Origin: the human T2T-CHM13v2.0 reference genome, Homo sapiens
DNA: 64,000 nt
Strand: one strand, 5' to 3'
Assembly: GCF_009914755.1 (NCBI RefSeq)
Contig: NC_060926.1
A model generated the notes under the pieces. It did not search any database, was not told the DNA's origin, and saw only the letters and a program-made list of their open reading frames with translations. The position numbers and the translations under genes are program-made. Shown piece after piece: positions 18,801 to 33,539 of this stretch (positions are counted from its first letter, which is position 1; every line of letters begins with the position of its first letter).

Positions 18801-21800
18801 GGATACCTCTGGAGACCAGGATGGGTGGGCAGCCCTGATGTCCGCCCGAGAGCAGTGTCCTCGGCGAGTATAGTTATCCTTTCCCTCCTTGCAGGCCTCG
18901 GCCCCCCTGGGGCTGTGGACAGGAGCTCTGGCTGTCCTACGTAGCTTGTGGAGCCGCTGGGGCTGCAGCCACCGGATCTGCTCCCGGGTGCACCTAGCTC
19001 AGCCCTTTTCCCTGCAGGTATGGAGCCAGCTGGGGAAGGCTGGGAGTACCTGGGGTGTCTGTCCTAGGCATCCTGGCAGCCTGGCCCTCAAAGCCACTGC
19101 AGGGATAGCTTTGCCTACTTCCAGTGGGCTGTGTGCAAGTTTCCTGGTGGGCCCGAGCAGGCCACCTAAGAGCCTTCTCTTGGGCAGGAATACATCGTCA
19201 GTGCCAGAAGCTGCTGGGGCGGCAGACAGACCCTGGAGCAGCTACTGCAGCCCATCGTGCTGGGCCAATGGTAGGGGCACGGGAGCGTGGGGTCTCAGGG
19301 GGCAAGGCAAGCAGCCCTTCAGCACCAGCTTATGTATCCCCCATATACACACACTAGCAGCCCTCCCTCACCAAGTATCCTGGGGTCATCTAGAATAGTT
19401 CCAGGTACTCGCCTTGCCAACAGTCTGAGTGTGGGGTATGGCACAGAGGCCTGGATGGGACTGGGGGTTATAGAAGCCATCCTCTGTCCTGGGGCTGGGA
19501 GGGGGAAACACCCTCACCTTTTAGAAAGCTCTAGGCATTCCCACAGCTGTTTTTGTGTTTGGACCCTTCATCCTGTAATCTGTGTCTCTATCTCAGTACT
19601 GCTGTCCCAGACACTGAGAAGGAGCAGGAGTGGACCCCCATAACTGGGCCTCTCCTGGCCCTCAAGGAAGAGGACCAGCTCCTGGTCAGGAGACTGAGCT
19701 GTCATGTCCTGAGTGGTGAGGGTGAACCAGATCTGGGCCTTTGCGGGTGGGTCACTGAACCGTCCCCTCTCGGGGTCAGCCAGTCACCAGGGTTCTCCAT
19801 TCCAAGTGTCTGCACCTGAGGTGCTCTGTGATACCTTGGGGACATCTGAAGAAGAATGGAACCCTTCTCCTACAGGAGGAGCAGGCAGCCAGGGCCATCA
19901 TAAGGGAGCAGCTAAGTGCATGCACAAAGATGGTGGCCTGAGGCCAGGAGGCTGCAGCTGCTTCCCCAAGGCCACACCCAGCCCTGCCTTCTGAGCGGAG
20001 TCTCCTTAGCTTTGGGTGGAGATGGTGTTAACTGAATGGAATGATACGTGTAAGGGGCTTAGCACAGCGCCTCCACAGAGGGCCCTTATAGGGAGATCCA
20101 TCTGTATCTTCTTCAGTGCCCCTCTAGTAGAGGCTGTGGGTTGATGTGTGGGCCCTACGATGAGATCCAGGGGAAGGCCCCCAGCTCCTGGCCTGCTCTC
20201 AGCCTGTGTGATGATAAACACCACTGCTCCGGGTGTACGTTCCTCATCCCTGGGGTGGAGTTGGGATGTGTGGCTAGGAAGACTTGCTAGATCATGGAGG
20301 GACCAGGCTGCTGGGCCTCAACCTGACCAGCATCTCCACCCCCCGCCCCACTCCAGCCAGTGTAGGGAGCTCTGCGGTGATGAGCACGGCCATTATGGCA
20401 ACGCTGCTGCTCTTCAAGCATCAGAAGGTAGGGGGTGCAATGTGGTGGGGACCTGGGCGGTGGGGGGGGTGGCGATGTGTGGCCCTGCTGCCTAGCCCTG
20501 CTCTGCCCACCCAGGGTGTGTTCCTGTCGCAGCTCCTGGGGGAGTTCTCCTGGCTGACGGAGGAGATACTGTTGCGTGGCTTTGATGTAGGCTTCTCTGG
20601 GCAGCTGCGGAGCCTGCTGCAGCACTCACTGAGCCTGCTGCGGGCGCACGTGGCCCTGCTGCGCATCCGTCAGGGTGACTTGCTGGTGGTGCCGCAGCCT
20701 GGCCCAGGCCTCACACACCTGGCACAACTGAGTGCTGAGCTGCTGCCCGTCTTCCTGAGCGAGGCTGTGGGCGGTGAGTCTTGAGGTGCACGGGGTAGGT
20801 GGGATGTGTGTGCAGTGGTGAAGGGAACGGCTCCTTCTTCATAATGGACCCTCCGCCCCCAGCCTGTGCAGTGCGGGGGCTGCTGGCAGGCAGAGTGCCG
20901 CCCCAGGGGCCCTGGGAGCTGCAGGGCATATTGCTGCTGAGCCAGAATGAGCTGTACCGCCAGATCCTGCTGCTGATGCACCTGCTGCCGCAAGACCTGC
21001 TGCTGCTAAAGGTCAGGCCTCCCCTACGGCCCACTTGGTCCTAGGCCTTCCCCTCTTGGTGGTAGGAATGGCCCATCCCTGCCCATGCTCTACCTCTGAA
21101 ACCTCCTGGGTAGTAGGTGTGGCCTTGCCCGGTCTTTGGCTAGGCCCCTGCCCATGTGCCTGGCTCTCCTGAGGCCACATGGGTGCCTTTTTCTCCCAGC
21201 CCTGCCAGTCTTCCTACTGCTACTGTCAGGAGGTGCTGGACCGGCTCATCCAATGCGGGCTCCTGGTTGCTGAGGAGGTAGGCAGGGCAGTTGGAGACAA
21301 GATCCTTGCCTGGAGCCTGGCCTCCTCCAGCCTCCCACCCTGAGTGCCAGCTGCCCCAGGCTCCTCCTCTGCCCCGTGTGTGCTGTGGGGGTGGGCAGCC
21401 CCTGGCCTTGCAGCGGGGAAGCCTAGCTCGCACCTCTGCTCCCTGTGCCTTGGGATATAGCCACCTATGCCCCGGTTCTGTGTGTCTCTCTGGATAGCAC
21501 TGGACATGTGTGCCTCTGAGGTTCTCTGCACACCTCCTGCTCCCCACATTTCTTGGCCACAGGGCTACTGCCCTTGAGGGTGGGAATTCACTTCCTCTCA
21601 CTCTGCAAGTTGGCCCAGCAGGTGCTGGGGCATGGCTCTGGCCATCCTCTTGGGTCTCTAGGTCTGCTTTTACTGGTTTCACCTGCATGTACCTGGTCTG
21701 GGGGTGTAGGGTTGATCCCTGGCCAGCTTGTCAGAGAACAATGGCTCCACGGCCCCTAGACCCCAGGCTCCCGGCCAGCCTGTGACACAGGGCGACAGCG

Positions 21801-23041
21801 ATTGAGCAGAAAGCTGCTGTGGAAACCGAGTGGGGACTTTACTGATAGTGACAGTGATGACTTCGGAGAGGCTGACGGCCGGTACTTCAGGGTGTGTTTC
21901 AAAAAGCTGCCCCTGGAGGGAGGTGGTAGGGAGGCGGTGGGGAGCTGCACTCACCCCGGCCTGTCCCCTCCAGCTCAGCCAGCAGTCACACTGCCCAGAT
22001 TTCTTTCTTTTCCTCTGCCGCCTGCTCAGCCCGCTGCTCAAGGCCTTTGCACAGGCTGCCGCCTTCCTCCGCCAGGGCCAGCTGCCCGATACTGGTGAGG
22101 CCCTTGTTCCCTTGCAGTCCTCGAGGCAGGCTGTGTCTGTGCTGGGTGCCAGGTCTAGGTCTTCTCTCTTCTGCAGAGTTGGGCTACACAGAGCAGCTGT
22201 TCCAGTTCCTGCAGGCCACCGCCCAGGAAGAAGGGATCTTCGGTGAGTCCCAACCAGTCAGCCCAGGCTCCTGCAGGCAGTGGTGTTTGCTGGTGGCTGC
22301 TGCCCCCTGCAGGACAGTGACAACCCAACTCTAGGAAGGCAGGCTGCAGAGTACAGTCTTCTGTCCAGTCAGAGCTCTATCCCTCCCTGGGCTTCTTTAA
22401 ACAAGAGGAGAGAAGCCTGTGCCCAGTGGCTCTCTGTTCTCCCTACCTAGAGCCTTCACTTCTCTCTTCTTTCCAGAGTGTGCGGACCCAAAGCTCGCCA
22501 TCAGTGCTGTCTGGACCTTCAGAGACCTAGGGGTGAGAGGAGCCACTGTCACCATCTTCTGTCCCCCTGCTCCCACCCCAATAGAGTAGCTCAGGGAAAC
22601 CCAGCTATGTCCCCATCACTCCACAGGGCTGGCCTGATGGTGCCTCATTAAGACCCTGGGATTTACTTGGTGTCTTCCAGCAACAGATTTGGTGATGGGT
22701 TGGAGAAGGTGGGATGGTTTCCTGCCTCTTGGTCTCCCAAATCACTGGCTCATCTTTCTAGGTGGGGTATTGGGACTGCTTTGCGGCAGCATTTGCACGC
22801 AAACATTGAGGTCTAAGGGGCCAGAGGTCTCAAGGCAGGTTTCTGGGGGACAGGCCTGGCCCCTGGGCCATGTGTACACAGTCCCTGTGGTGAGCGCACT
22901 CACGGCTTATCTTCCATGGCCCAGGTTCTGCAGCAGACGCCGAGCCCTGCAGGCCCCAGGCTCCACCTGTCCCCTACTTTTGCCAGCCTGGACAATCAGG
23001 AAAAACTAGAACAGTTCATCCGGCAGTTCATTTGTAGCTAG
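12841..23041 (+). CDS. GPAT2: Glycerol-3-phosphate acyltransferase 2, mitochondrial; 21 coding exons, 2406 nt = 801 aa + stop
   Basis: Exons, all GT-AG with consistent phase: 12841-12903, 13054-13167, 13866-13939, 14352-14456, 14666-14794, 17110-17209, 17648-17781, 18094-18193, 18291-18503, 18895-19017, 19188-19270, 19597-19715, 20357-20427, 20515-20773, 20863-21011, 21200-21277, 21760-21891, 21974-22094, 22177-22242, 22477-22532, 22925-23041. Translation [21 protein letters not shown]...HKTLLD (HxxxxD motif)...[10 protein letters not shown] agrees with the recalled human GPAT2 protein. Confidence 0.96.
15150..15900 (-). mobile_element. L2 fragment(s) in a GPAT2 intron
   Basis: L2-like motifs such as 'ggagctcagaagagaggttggggccagaga' and 'agcatacagatggtgtttaaagcca'. 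Edges approximate. Confidence 0.55.
16337..16620 (+). mobile_element. Alu (old, AluJ-like)
   Basis: Dimeric Alu; target-site duplication ta(a/g)agctggtcct at 16322 and 16621. Confidence 0.92.
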
Positions 23042-23141
23042 AACTGTGAGGAGGAGCCTGTGCTGAGACTTCTCAGCCCCAGAACACAGCTGTGTCCTAG
23101 AGCCAGAAGATGGAGAGGAGGCTGCAAACCCTTAGCTGCTC

Positions 23142-23151
23142 TATAAATATA
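23142..23151 (+). terminator. GPAT2: Probable non-canonical poly(A) signal of GPAT2 (TATAAA overlapping AATATA)
   Basis: About 100 nt after the stop codon and followed by a U/GU-rich stretch; no + strand AATAAA seen until 24549 (inside an Alu). Confidence 0.45.
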
Positions 23152-23385
23152 ATCATTGAGGCTTGATTGTCCCTTGCCATCTCTTGCTTTTTCCCTTCTT
23201 TGATGTGATAAACAAGGGGACGAGACGAGTTGTCTTTTCCCCAGCCCAGCAGCATCTTTTTGGTGTATGTGTGTGTATTTGCTCTCTTCTTCCCCAGTCC
23301 CACAAAATGCCCTAACTTGTCCCATGAAACAAAGCCCAAACGAAGACAAACAGCAGAAGCCAAGCTGCTGCTTTGACCCGACGAA

Positions 23386-23391
23386 TTTATT
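23386..23391 (-). terminator. AATAAA poly(A) signal of the FAHD2 paralogue
   Basis: tttatt on + strand, about 150 nt past the ancestral stop at 23540-23542. Confidence 0.75.
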
Positions 23392-24420
23392 GAAGAGAGC
23401 TCTGTCCTTCTCCCTTCTACCGAGAAGAGGCGGCTTGCAGGGCTGGCACCTGTCCACACCTGTCACTGGGCCTTTCCCTGGGCTAGGCTGAGTGGGAGCA
23501 GATGCCCTCATCCTATGTGCAGGGCCTGTGCAGGAGCCATCACACCACCTTGTTGATGATGACACCTAGTTCTTCAATCTCACACTGGACTTCATCCCCC
23601 TTCTGCAACAGAGCAGGCCATGAGAGTGTCAGCCCTTCCGTCAGACACACGTACACAAGCCTGTACTTCTCAAGTCTGAGCCAAGCCTGCCAGCCCTTTG
23701 GGGCCCTTGCTCTCTTTGCTTTTCACTAACCTACCTTGAGAAAGACAGGAGGTTTCCTGAATACACCGACACCTGGGTGGAGGTGGGGGGGTCCCAGTCA
23801 GGATGACATCCCCTGGGTAAAAGGTAACAAACCTGGAGCAAAGCAAAAGGACCCGGTGAGACCAGGGGCTGGCTGAGGTGGCCACAGCCAAAGGTGGAGG
23901 GCTCAGGTCAGCCTCCACATGTGTGGCAGGTGGAGCGGGGCTGGCAGGATAGCCCCTGTCACTCACTGGGACACCCAGGCTATCAGGTCCTCTGTCTTGA
24001 ATACCATCTGGTTGGTGTTGCTGCTCTGGACCACTTCCCCATTCACTCGACAGCAGATCTTTAAGTTGTGTGGATCTGAAATGCAAAGATGGTACCTTGG
24101 AGTTATCCCTTTTCCCCTTCAAACCCCCCAGTATTTTACAAACACAACTATAGGGGTGCTTCGTGACTTGGCAGGTGAAAGGGCTTTAAAGTGCCCACAT
24201 TGACTCAGTGCACTATGTTAGAACTTTCTGTATAGACATTGGCCTTCTCAGGCCTCCCTGCATCCCCAAGAGCACCAGGCAGTAGTCACTTGGATGAGTT
24301 GAGAGGATGTTGCAGACTCTGAAGGAGAAGAGAAAAATGGCTAGGGTTTTTGCCTTGAAAAAGGGCATCTGTCTACAGCATAGGAAGATACCTGTAGATA
24401 CAAAAATGACTCCTGGGCAG

Positions 24421-24731
<311 letters not shown>

Positions 24732-26818
24732 ACAGCATCTATAAAGCAGTGAGGCAATGGTTCTAGCCAGGACAGAGAAGCCTCGTGTACCGGATGCTGG
24801 CAGGGGATGGATTACTGTAAGAACATCCTGGCTAACCAGCACTTTTAACTGTTGGTGTTGGTCTTAGTGTTCTACCACCCTTAAGTAGAGCACCTGAAAC
24901 ACAATTTAACTTTGCCGAGGACTCTGTGTGGGTGCTGTGAGGCACTGGGGTCTTTGGTATCCTGGCATGGCTGGCCCATGTGGACACCCCCCACCTCCAC
25001 CACAGTTGTGGGTGGCTGTGTGTTAAGAGGCTGCGCTCTGCCCTCTGGCACACTGCCTCCAACCTGGCGCTGTCCCCTCACTGTGTGTGGTCAATGCTGT
25101 TGTTTCCACAGTGGCTGGGTGAGTCACACTGGCTTTCATCTGTAGTGTGGAAAATGCCTGGGCCTTGCGATAGCTATGCTCCATGATGCTCAACTTAGAT
25201 TATTTCAGATGGTGGCAGCCGCAGGAAGCCCGATCCACCCATCAGCTCAGTGTTCTTTGTAATTTACTTCACGCATGCAGTTTCACATCCTCTGCAGTTG
25301 TGTTCCCTCTAGGGGGCTTGGGAAGGAAGCCCATGGGAGAACTCGTGGCTGAGGATAAAAGACTTTCCCTGTATGGAGTCAGCAGTGAAAGGGCAGCCAG
25401 GGAGGGCAGGTGCCACATGTACCTGAACCCGTGCTCCTCCCTGGAGGGCTGTTCATCTGTGCAATGGTAGGTACAAGGGGGCAGGGATCAGGAACCTACC
25501 TGCTACACTGTCCTTGGTCACCAAGGCAGGGCCCAGAGGGCAGAAGGTGTCGAAGGTTTTTCCCAGCAGCCACTGTTTCCCATTGCATCTTGTTAGCCAG
25601 TCACGAGCACTCACGTCATGAGCCACAGTGAAGCCGGCCACGTGGGCCATGGCATCTGTGGCCTATGGGGGCAGGGGATTTGGCCATACAGGAGGATAGA
25701 TCATGGGTGACACCAACACCTGTGGCAAGGGATCTCAAAGCTGTTATCCCATGTTAGTAGCCAGAGCCAGCCAAAGGTGGGTGAAGGGAAAGGCAGTGTC
25801 AGGGAGCAAGGAGGCTGACTGCTTCCTAGTGTCAGGGACAGCTGGCACCATGTGTTGGTGAGCGAGGTCAGAACTAGGAGAGGCAGGAGCTGGGGACTCT
25901 GCTGCACTCTGGCCTGGGAGCCCACCTTTTCCACTTCACCTTGATGTGCTTGCCTTTCTTTCCAATGACCACGGCCAGCTCCACTTCCCAATCTACCTCC
26001 TGTAGGGTGGGAGAGGAATAGTGAGCCGCAGTGGCTTTGGGGCCCATTAACTATGCTCAGAGGCTGTACGCTGTGGATCTCTGTCAGTATGGCTTGGCTG
26101 CCATCCCATGTTTGCCATCACCACGAACCAGAGCCCAGTGAACGACAAGGGAGGTGTGACTTGTAGACCCATACATTTTGGGCAGTGGCAGACAGCATCA
26201 TGGGATGCAGGCACAGGTCCCCACACCATTGACTGCAGAAGAGCAACACGTGTCCAGGGCACTGAGTTTAAAAGTCACTCTGGATACTTTTAACAAAGGA
26301 TAAATACGAAGTAATATCCCCTAGCAATATGTAACCTTACTGTGTGTCAGGCACTATTTTAAGTGTTTTAATCTATTAACTCACTTTAGTAAGAGAAAGA
26401 TCCCACAAAGGACTTGAGTAAGCAATTCACAAAAAGGTAACGGACATGGCCACAAAACATGAAAAAATGCTCAGCCTCTCCCATAATCCATAAAATACAC
26501 TATAAAATAGATATAATTTGGCCTTTAAAATTGGTGGCTCTTTCTAATAATAACCAGAGTTGGTATAAGTACACCTGACATCCAGATGTTGGTCTCTAAT
26601 ACCACTCCCCAGTAAGGAGCACCGGGTTCCTTGGTCCAAGACAGACAGTACATGATGAGCCTGGAACGTCTTGGCCAGAAAGCAAATATATGCTAAAAGC
26701 TTGGGGATGGAACAAACTTGAAGGTCCCTCATTGGCCAAATTGAGGTCACCTGAAGAATGTAAATGATGGATTACAACCAATTGAATAAAAACAAAAAGG
26801 AATTCACAGTGATATTGA

Positions 26819-27143
<325 letters not shown>

Positions 27144-27208
27144 AGGCTTTTTTCATAGAAGAATGCCAGTTAATAAAAACTGCATGATTTAGAAAAATCA
27201 TTGTTCTT

Positions 27209-27502
<294 letters not shown>

Positions 27503-28034
27503 TCATTGTTCTTCATCCCCCAATGCAATAATGGATTCAGTAAGGATGACTACAGGATCCTTGGATGAGAATCTACGGGGCAATAAGATGGTTATGTGAT
27601 CTCAAACTACCACATAGATTGCTTGTTAATTACAAAAATGGAAATGCATCTTCACAATGGAGGGACTTAGTGAACGTCAGCTAAACCAAGTGGTCAAATT
27701 CTGGGATGCAATGGGAAATGTATAACATCTTTGTAGATCTCTTGATAAAAATGCTTACCCTGACACTAATCATGAAGAAACAACCAGACAAACCCAGGAT
27801 GTGAAACATGCTATGAGACAACTGGATTCTTCAAGGAAAGGGCAGGGGGGATTGTTTGAGGTCAGGAGTTGGCAAACTATGGCCAGCTCACCGTCTGCTA
27901 TAATCAACTTTGATTGGAAACCCATCATTCATTTCTGTATCGTCCCTGGTGGTTTTCACACTATAACAGCAGAGTTGAATTGTTGCAAAACAGACCATAT
28001 GACACTCAAAGTGTAATATTTACTAATTGGCCCT

Positions 28035-28400
28035 TGATATGGTTTAGCTCTGTGTCCCCACCCAAATCTCAACTTGTAGCTCCCATAATTCTAACGTGCT
28101 ATGGGAGGGACCCAGTGGGAGATGACTGAATCATGGGGGCAGGTCTTTCATGTGCTGTTCTCATGATAGTGAATGGGTCTCATGAGATCCGATAGTTTTA
28201 AAAATGGGAGTTTCTCTGCACAAGCTCTTTTCTGCCTGCTGCTACCCACCTAAGATGTGACTTGCTCCTCCTTGCCTTCTGCCATGATTGTGAGGCTTCC
28301 CTAGCCACGTGGAACTGTAAGTCCAATTAAACCTCTTTCTGTTGTAAATTGCCCAATCTCGGATATGTCTTTATTAGCAGCATGAAAACAGACTAATACA
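28035..28400 (+). mobile_element. THE1 (MaLR) solo LTR inserted in a MER58-like hAT relic (about 27863-28428)
   Basis: tgatatggtttagctctgtgtccccacccaaatctc...cagactaataca with perfect 5-bp TSD gccct (28030-34, 28401-05). Flanks 'caggagttggcaaactatggcc' and 'gaaccctg' resemble MER58 termini. Confidence 0.92.
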
Positions 28401-29005
28401 GCCCTTTAAAACAGTCTGTGGAACCCTGTTCTAGGTTAAAACTACTAAAGAGATATAACTGAATACAGTGTGTGCCCTTGGTTGATCACAGAGCAACAAA
28501 GTAACCAAATTAAAAGTCATCTTTGGGGCAATTGGATTTCATATTAAATATCATTCAAGTTAATTTTCTTGGCTGTGATAATGGTATGGTCATGCAAGCC
28601 GTTGTCCTTATAAAATGTCTATTTCAGTTTTTATGACAATATTTGCAATGTGTCACCCCAACCCCTGCCAAAAAAAAAAATGTGTGTTTGCCATGTGAAG
28701 GGCAGGGAGAGGGCAAGGGAGAGAAAGCAAATACAGCAAATGTCTACAGTGAAACCAGGTGAAAAGTATATGAGCGTTCACTGTATTATTTCAGCTTTTC
28801 TATAATTCCCAAGACATTTCTAAAATAAAAATTTGCGAGGAAAAGTAACCAGTGTTAGTAAGGGTATATACACTAACGATGGATGTGTAAGTTGCTCTTA
28901 CAATTTGCTTAAAGGACAATTGGGAGATTTTCTCAAGGGTTTTGAAATACTGCCTGTAGTTTGATAATATTCAAATCCTAAGAGTTTATTCAAAGGAAAT
29001 AATAA

Positions 29006-29317
<312 letters not shown>

Positions 29318-32300
29318 TTAATGGACACGCAAAGTCTTTTCTACATAAGGATGTTCATTGCGACATTTATTTATAGAAACAAAAAACTGGAAACAAGTAT
29401 CCAGCAGTAAGGTACTCAGGAATATAAACTACCCTGTACATCACAAAACTCCAAGGTAACCTAAATATGTCAGGGAGAATATTTAATGGCATGAAAAAAT
29501 GCTCCTGATGGAGTCTTAAGTAAAAGGTAAGTATATGTACAGTATAAACATATACAGGAGTGGAGAAACAATAGGAAGGTAGACAGAAAAACATTAATAT
29601 TCTGAGCCATGGGCAGTGGGATTATGGGTGACATAATTTTTAAATGTTTATCTCTGTTTTATCTACAGTGAAGGTGTATTGCTTTTGTAACCAGGAAAAC
29701 ACGTACATTAACTTTTTTTTTCCAAGGCCAGTGTTACTACTGTGTGTATAATCCTGTAGAGTTTCTGTTGAATGCACTATTGAGCGAGAGGTGGCTCCAG
29801 TAGGCTCAATACTGAGCTCAGAATGCCCTTGTGATGGGCCCAGTGACTAGGGAGGGCAGTGGGGAGGCACTGACCTGGCTCTGTGGTGGGAGGACCACCT
29901 CATCATAGGGCCCCACGATGGAGCTGGCAAACTTGCTGAAGATGATGGGCTCCTTGGGCACGGGCACGTTCTGTTCTTTGCAGTGGTCCACATAATTCAT
30001 GCCCACACACACCACCTTATCTGGCCATGTGACTGGAGCCAGGAAGGTTACCTCCGACCGTGGTAGGACTGGCAACTGGGCAGCCAAGGCTCTGTAGAGA
30101 CCAGAGCAGGTGAGAGGGTCTGGCTGGGAACAGGTGGGCAATCCCGGGCAGGCTGGGCAGATCCTGCAGCAGCTAAAGGTTTTGCTTTCTGAAATCTATT
30201 TCCTAGCTCTATCAACCATCAGAGTCATTGTGAAAATCACTGACTATTGTCCTTTGCTATCAGAGCAGGGCTTTTATTTATCCAGTGTTGATTTCCTCTC
30301 CCCCTTAGGTAACTCATGTCCATGTAAAAGATACAAACTGGAATACATGGAAAGGTTTCCCTTTCCCCTTCCGGTTACCCCGTTCCCCTGGCTCTTCGCA
30401 GCTACTCTATGGATATTCTTCTCCCACCCTTTTGTATGCAAATGATAGCATACTATTCACATCTTTTAAAAAAACAACTGACTTTGGAGATCTCTGCTTA
30501 ACAATATGTAACAATACATAGAGAGTGTCCTCTTTATTTCTTGTGGCTGCATATTACTGCTCTATAGAGATATACCCAAGTCCCTAATGAGGGACATGGA
30601 GTTTTCCAATCTTTGCAGATTATGGCAATATGGGAACATACTGTTAATACTGTGAGCTGTGAAACATTTGTATTTTTTTCCATTTTAATAGATGAAAATG
30701 ACATCTTAAAGTATTTTTAATTTATTGTTCATCAGCTCCTTAGACCAGATTCTATAGGAGTCCAGGCTTCAGGGACACTCTCACCTAATCTAGTCCAAAC
30801 CCAGGAACCAAGTGTCTTATAGAAAACCTCCTTGCAGTCCTCTCTCCTTGTAGGAGCTGGGAGTCTATATCACTCCCCCAGCTGCATAAGATGCCTTTTA
30901 GGACCCCCGGGCCCAGACCCGTCAGTCAGTCCAGGACTTCATTCCCAGAGGAGGCAGTGTGATGAAGTATAGAGTCCTGGTTCCAGCACCACATGTATGG
31001 CCTTCAAATTGTTAATCACCTCCCCTAGCTCTCAGTTTTCTCCTCTGAAAACTGAAGATGTTATTATATAAGATTTATAAGGATCTTTTAAGAGAATGGG
31101 AGAAAAGGAAAGGTGGGGTTACTCTGCTCCCTTGCAAAAGAGCTACCTGCTGGTGCTGTTTCCCAGAGCGGGGAGGATGTGGGGGGACCAGGGCAGCTGT
31201 GTCAGGGCGATGCTGCCCACTTACTTACCTTCTTGCCACTGAGAGGGTGGCCTCTCCCTGCTCTAGGAACTGCGTCATTGTCTTTGGGAGTGTGGGGTCA
31301 AAGGCATTGAGGTTGATAATCCCTCTACCATTCCCTGTCTCCAGGCCCAAGTGAGGCCCCACCAGGTGGGGTGCCCAGAACTGCACTAGTCTCATGTCTC
31401 TGGAGGGTTGAAAGGGCCACTTCTGAGCCTGCAGCAGAGCTGTGAGTAACCTTCTACCAGACACCACCATCAGAGCCTGCAGAGAAAAATGCAGGATCCA
31501 GGAGACGGAGGATCCCAGAGCCATCATCAGGATCTCTGAAATTCCTAGGGCTATATAGCCCAAGGCCCTTTGCCCCATCAACCGTTCCCTGCATACCACA
31601 CGGGAAGTGGTCCAGGCTTGTATTTTACCTGCTATTCTTCATAAGGTGAAACTTTTCTACAGGAGCAACTACTACATGCTACGCAGTAAGTCCCAGGGAT
31701 TCCAGTGTTCCTTCAACCAGTGCTTTCTGAAAGTTCCCACTGTGCTTGGCTCTGCTGTAGGTATTGGGGAAACAATGTAGGTGAAACTCAGCCCTGCCAT
31801 TCTCCCTGCACAGGTCACAGATGTTAACAAGTGACGTAAGATTCAGCTATCAGGACTAATGCTGTGAAGATGGTCAGGGGCTCTACCCTTGTCTAGTTTC
31901 TGGAGGAAGTGATGTGAGCTGAGCTGGGCTAAATGAGCAGGACCAGGAATTAGCTGGGTGGCAGCCCAGCATGGGCAAGTGATGCTGGTGAAACTGGCTT
32001 CACAGTGGCCATAAGCCATTTTTTAAATGCTATTTTGGTCCTGTTAACCTCCAACTTAAAATGGTTTCCACTGCTCACATGATCAAGCTAGAACCTCTAC
32101 CAGGCTGTCCTTGTCTTCTAGGAGCAGCGCCCCCACCTGCCTCTCCAGATAATAATTATTTCATTTCTCCTGATAGAGAACAAGTTGCCTGAGGGAAGAG
32201 GCTGCAGACAAACAGCAAGGTCTGGGCCTGACAGCCATCACTTGGTCATCTCCTCCCTGGATCCAGGGACATGTCTGTCTCTTTCACTGCCCAGCACTGT

Positions 32301-32463
32301 GCCTGGTGTACAGAAGGCTCTCAGTGACTTTCTGCTGAATGAACAAATAAGTGACAGAAGCAGAGGCTTGACATTTCACTACTTGGGAAAGCTTAGTGCT
32401 TGTTAACTTTAGGAGACATGGCTGTGCCTTTCCTCCTCAAATCACCTAGAAAGTATCCACAAG

Positions 32464-32783
<320 letters not shown>

Positions 32784-33244
32784 CTATTTTGAGTCCAAGG
32801 CTCCACTTAAAGACAAACACTATTCTCTTGTTTTGTTCTGAATCCAATTCTGGCCACTATTCCTTACCACATGGTGCCTTCCCTGAATGGTTCCTTGCTC
32901 TTACAACAAAGGCTGTTTGTATTGTACAGCCTTCTATGCCCAAAAATGTTGAGGCAGCTGAGCCCCAGACTCTTGGTCCTCGCCTGGAGATTCAATCTGC
33001 CTTGTTCAGTGAAAGACTCATTAGACTTAGGTCACCACTGTTGTGGCCCACCAGTTTGACTAGAAAACCGAGGGTTTTGACTTCTCTGCCCTGCTATCTT
33101 ACACAAGCACCAACTGTGCCACTGTCAAAAGGCTGTTCGAGCCAAAGTGCACACACTCAGACACTCCACATGCTAACATAACAGTAACTGCTGCCGCTGA
33201 ATGCCAACTATTAAGTGCTCTACCTACAATGTCCGATTTAATTC

Positions 33245-33539
33245 TTTTTTTTTTTTTTTGAGATGGAGTCTCGCTCTGTCGCCCAGGCTGGAATGCAGTG
33301 GCACGATCTTGGCTCACTGCAAGCTCTGCTTCCCGGGTTCACGCCATTCTCCTGCCTCAGCCTCCCCAGCAGCTGAGACTACAGGTGCACGCCGCCACGC
33401 CCAGCTAATTTTTGTATTTTTAGTAGAGACGGTGTTTCACTGTGTTAGCCAGGACGGTCTCGATCTCCTGACCTTGTGATCCGCCTGCCTCGGCCTCCCA
33501 AATTGTTGGTATTACAGGCGTGAGCCACCGCGCCAGGCC
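33245..33539 (-). mobile_element. Alu (AluY/Sc-like)
   Basis: Poly-T then reverse Alu; TSD gatttaattct. Confidence 0.95.

Noticed and set aside
12841-23041. Calling this copy a GPAT2 pseudogene next to FAHD2B
   Set aside because: All 21 exons assemble in frame to 801 aa, and it is the FAHD2 copy that is frameshifted.
23038-23565. 175-aa minus-strand ORF as an extended FAHD2 C-terminus
   Set aside because: It starts after the TGA at 23594-23592 that ends the frameshifted product, and it runs past the poly(A) signal.
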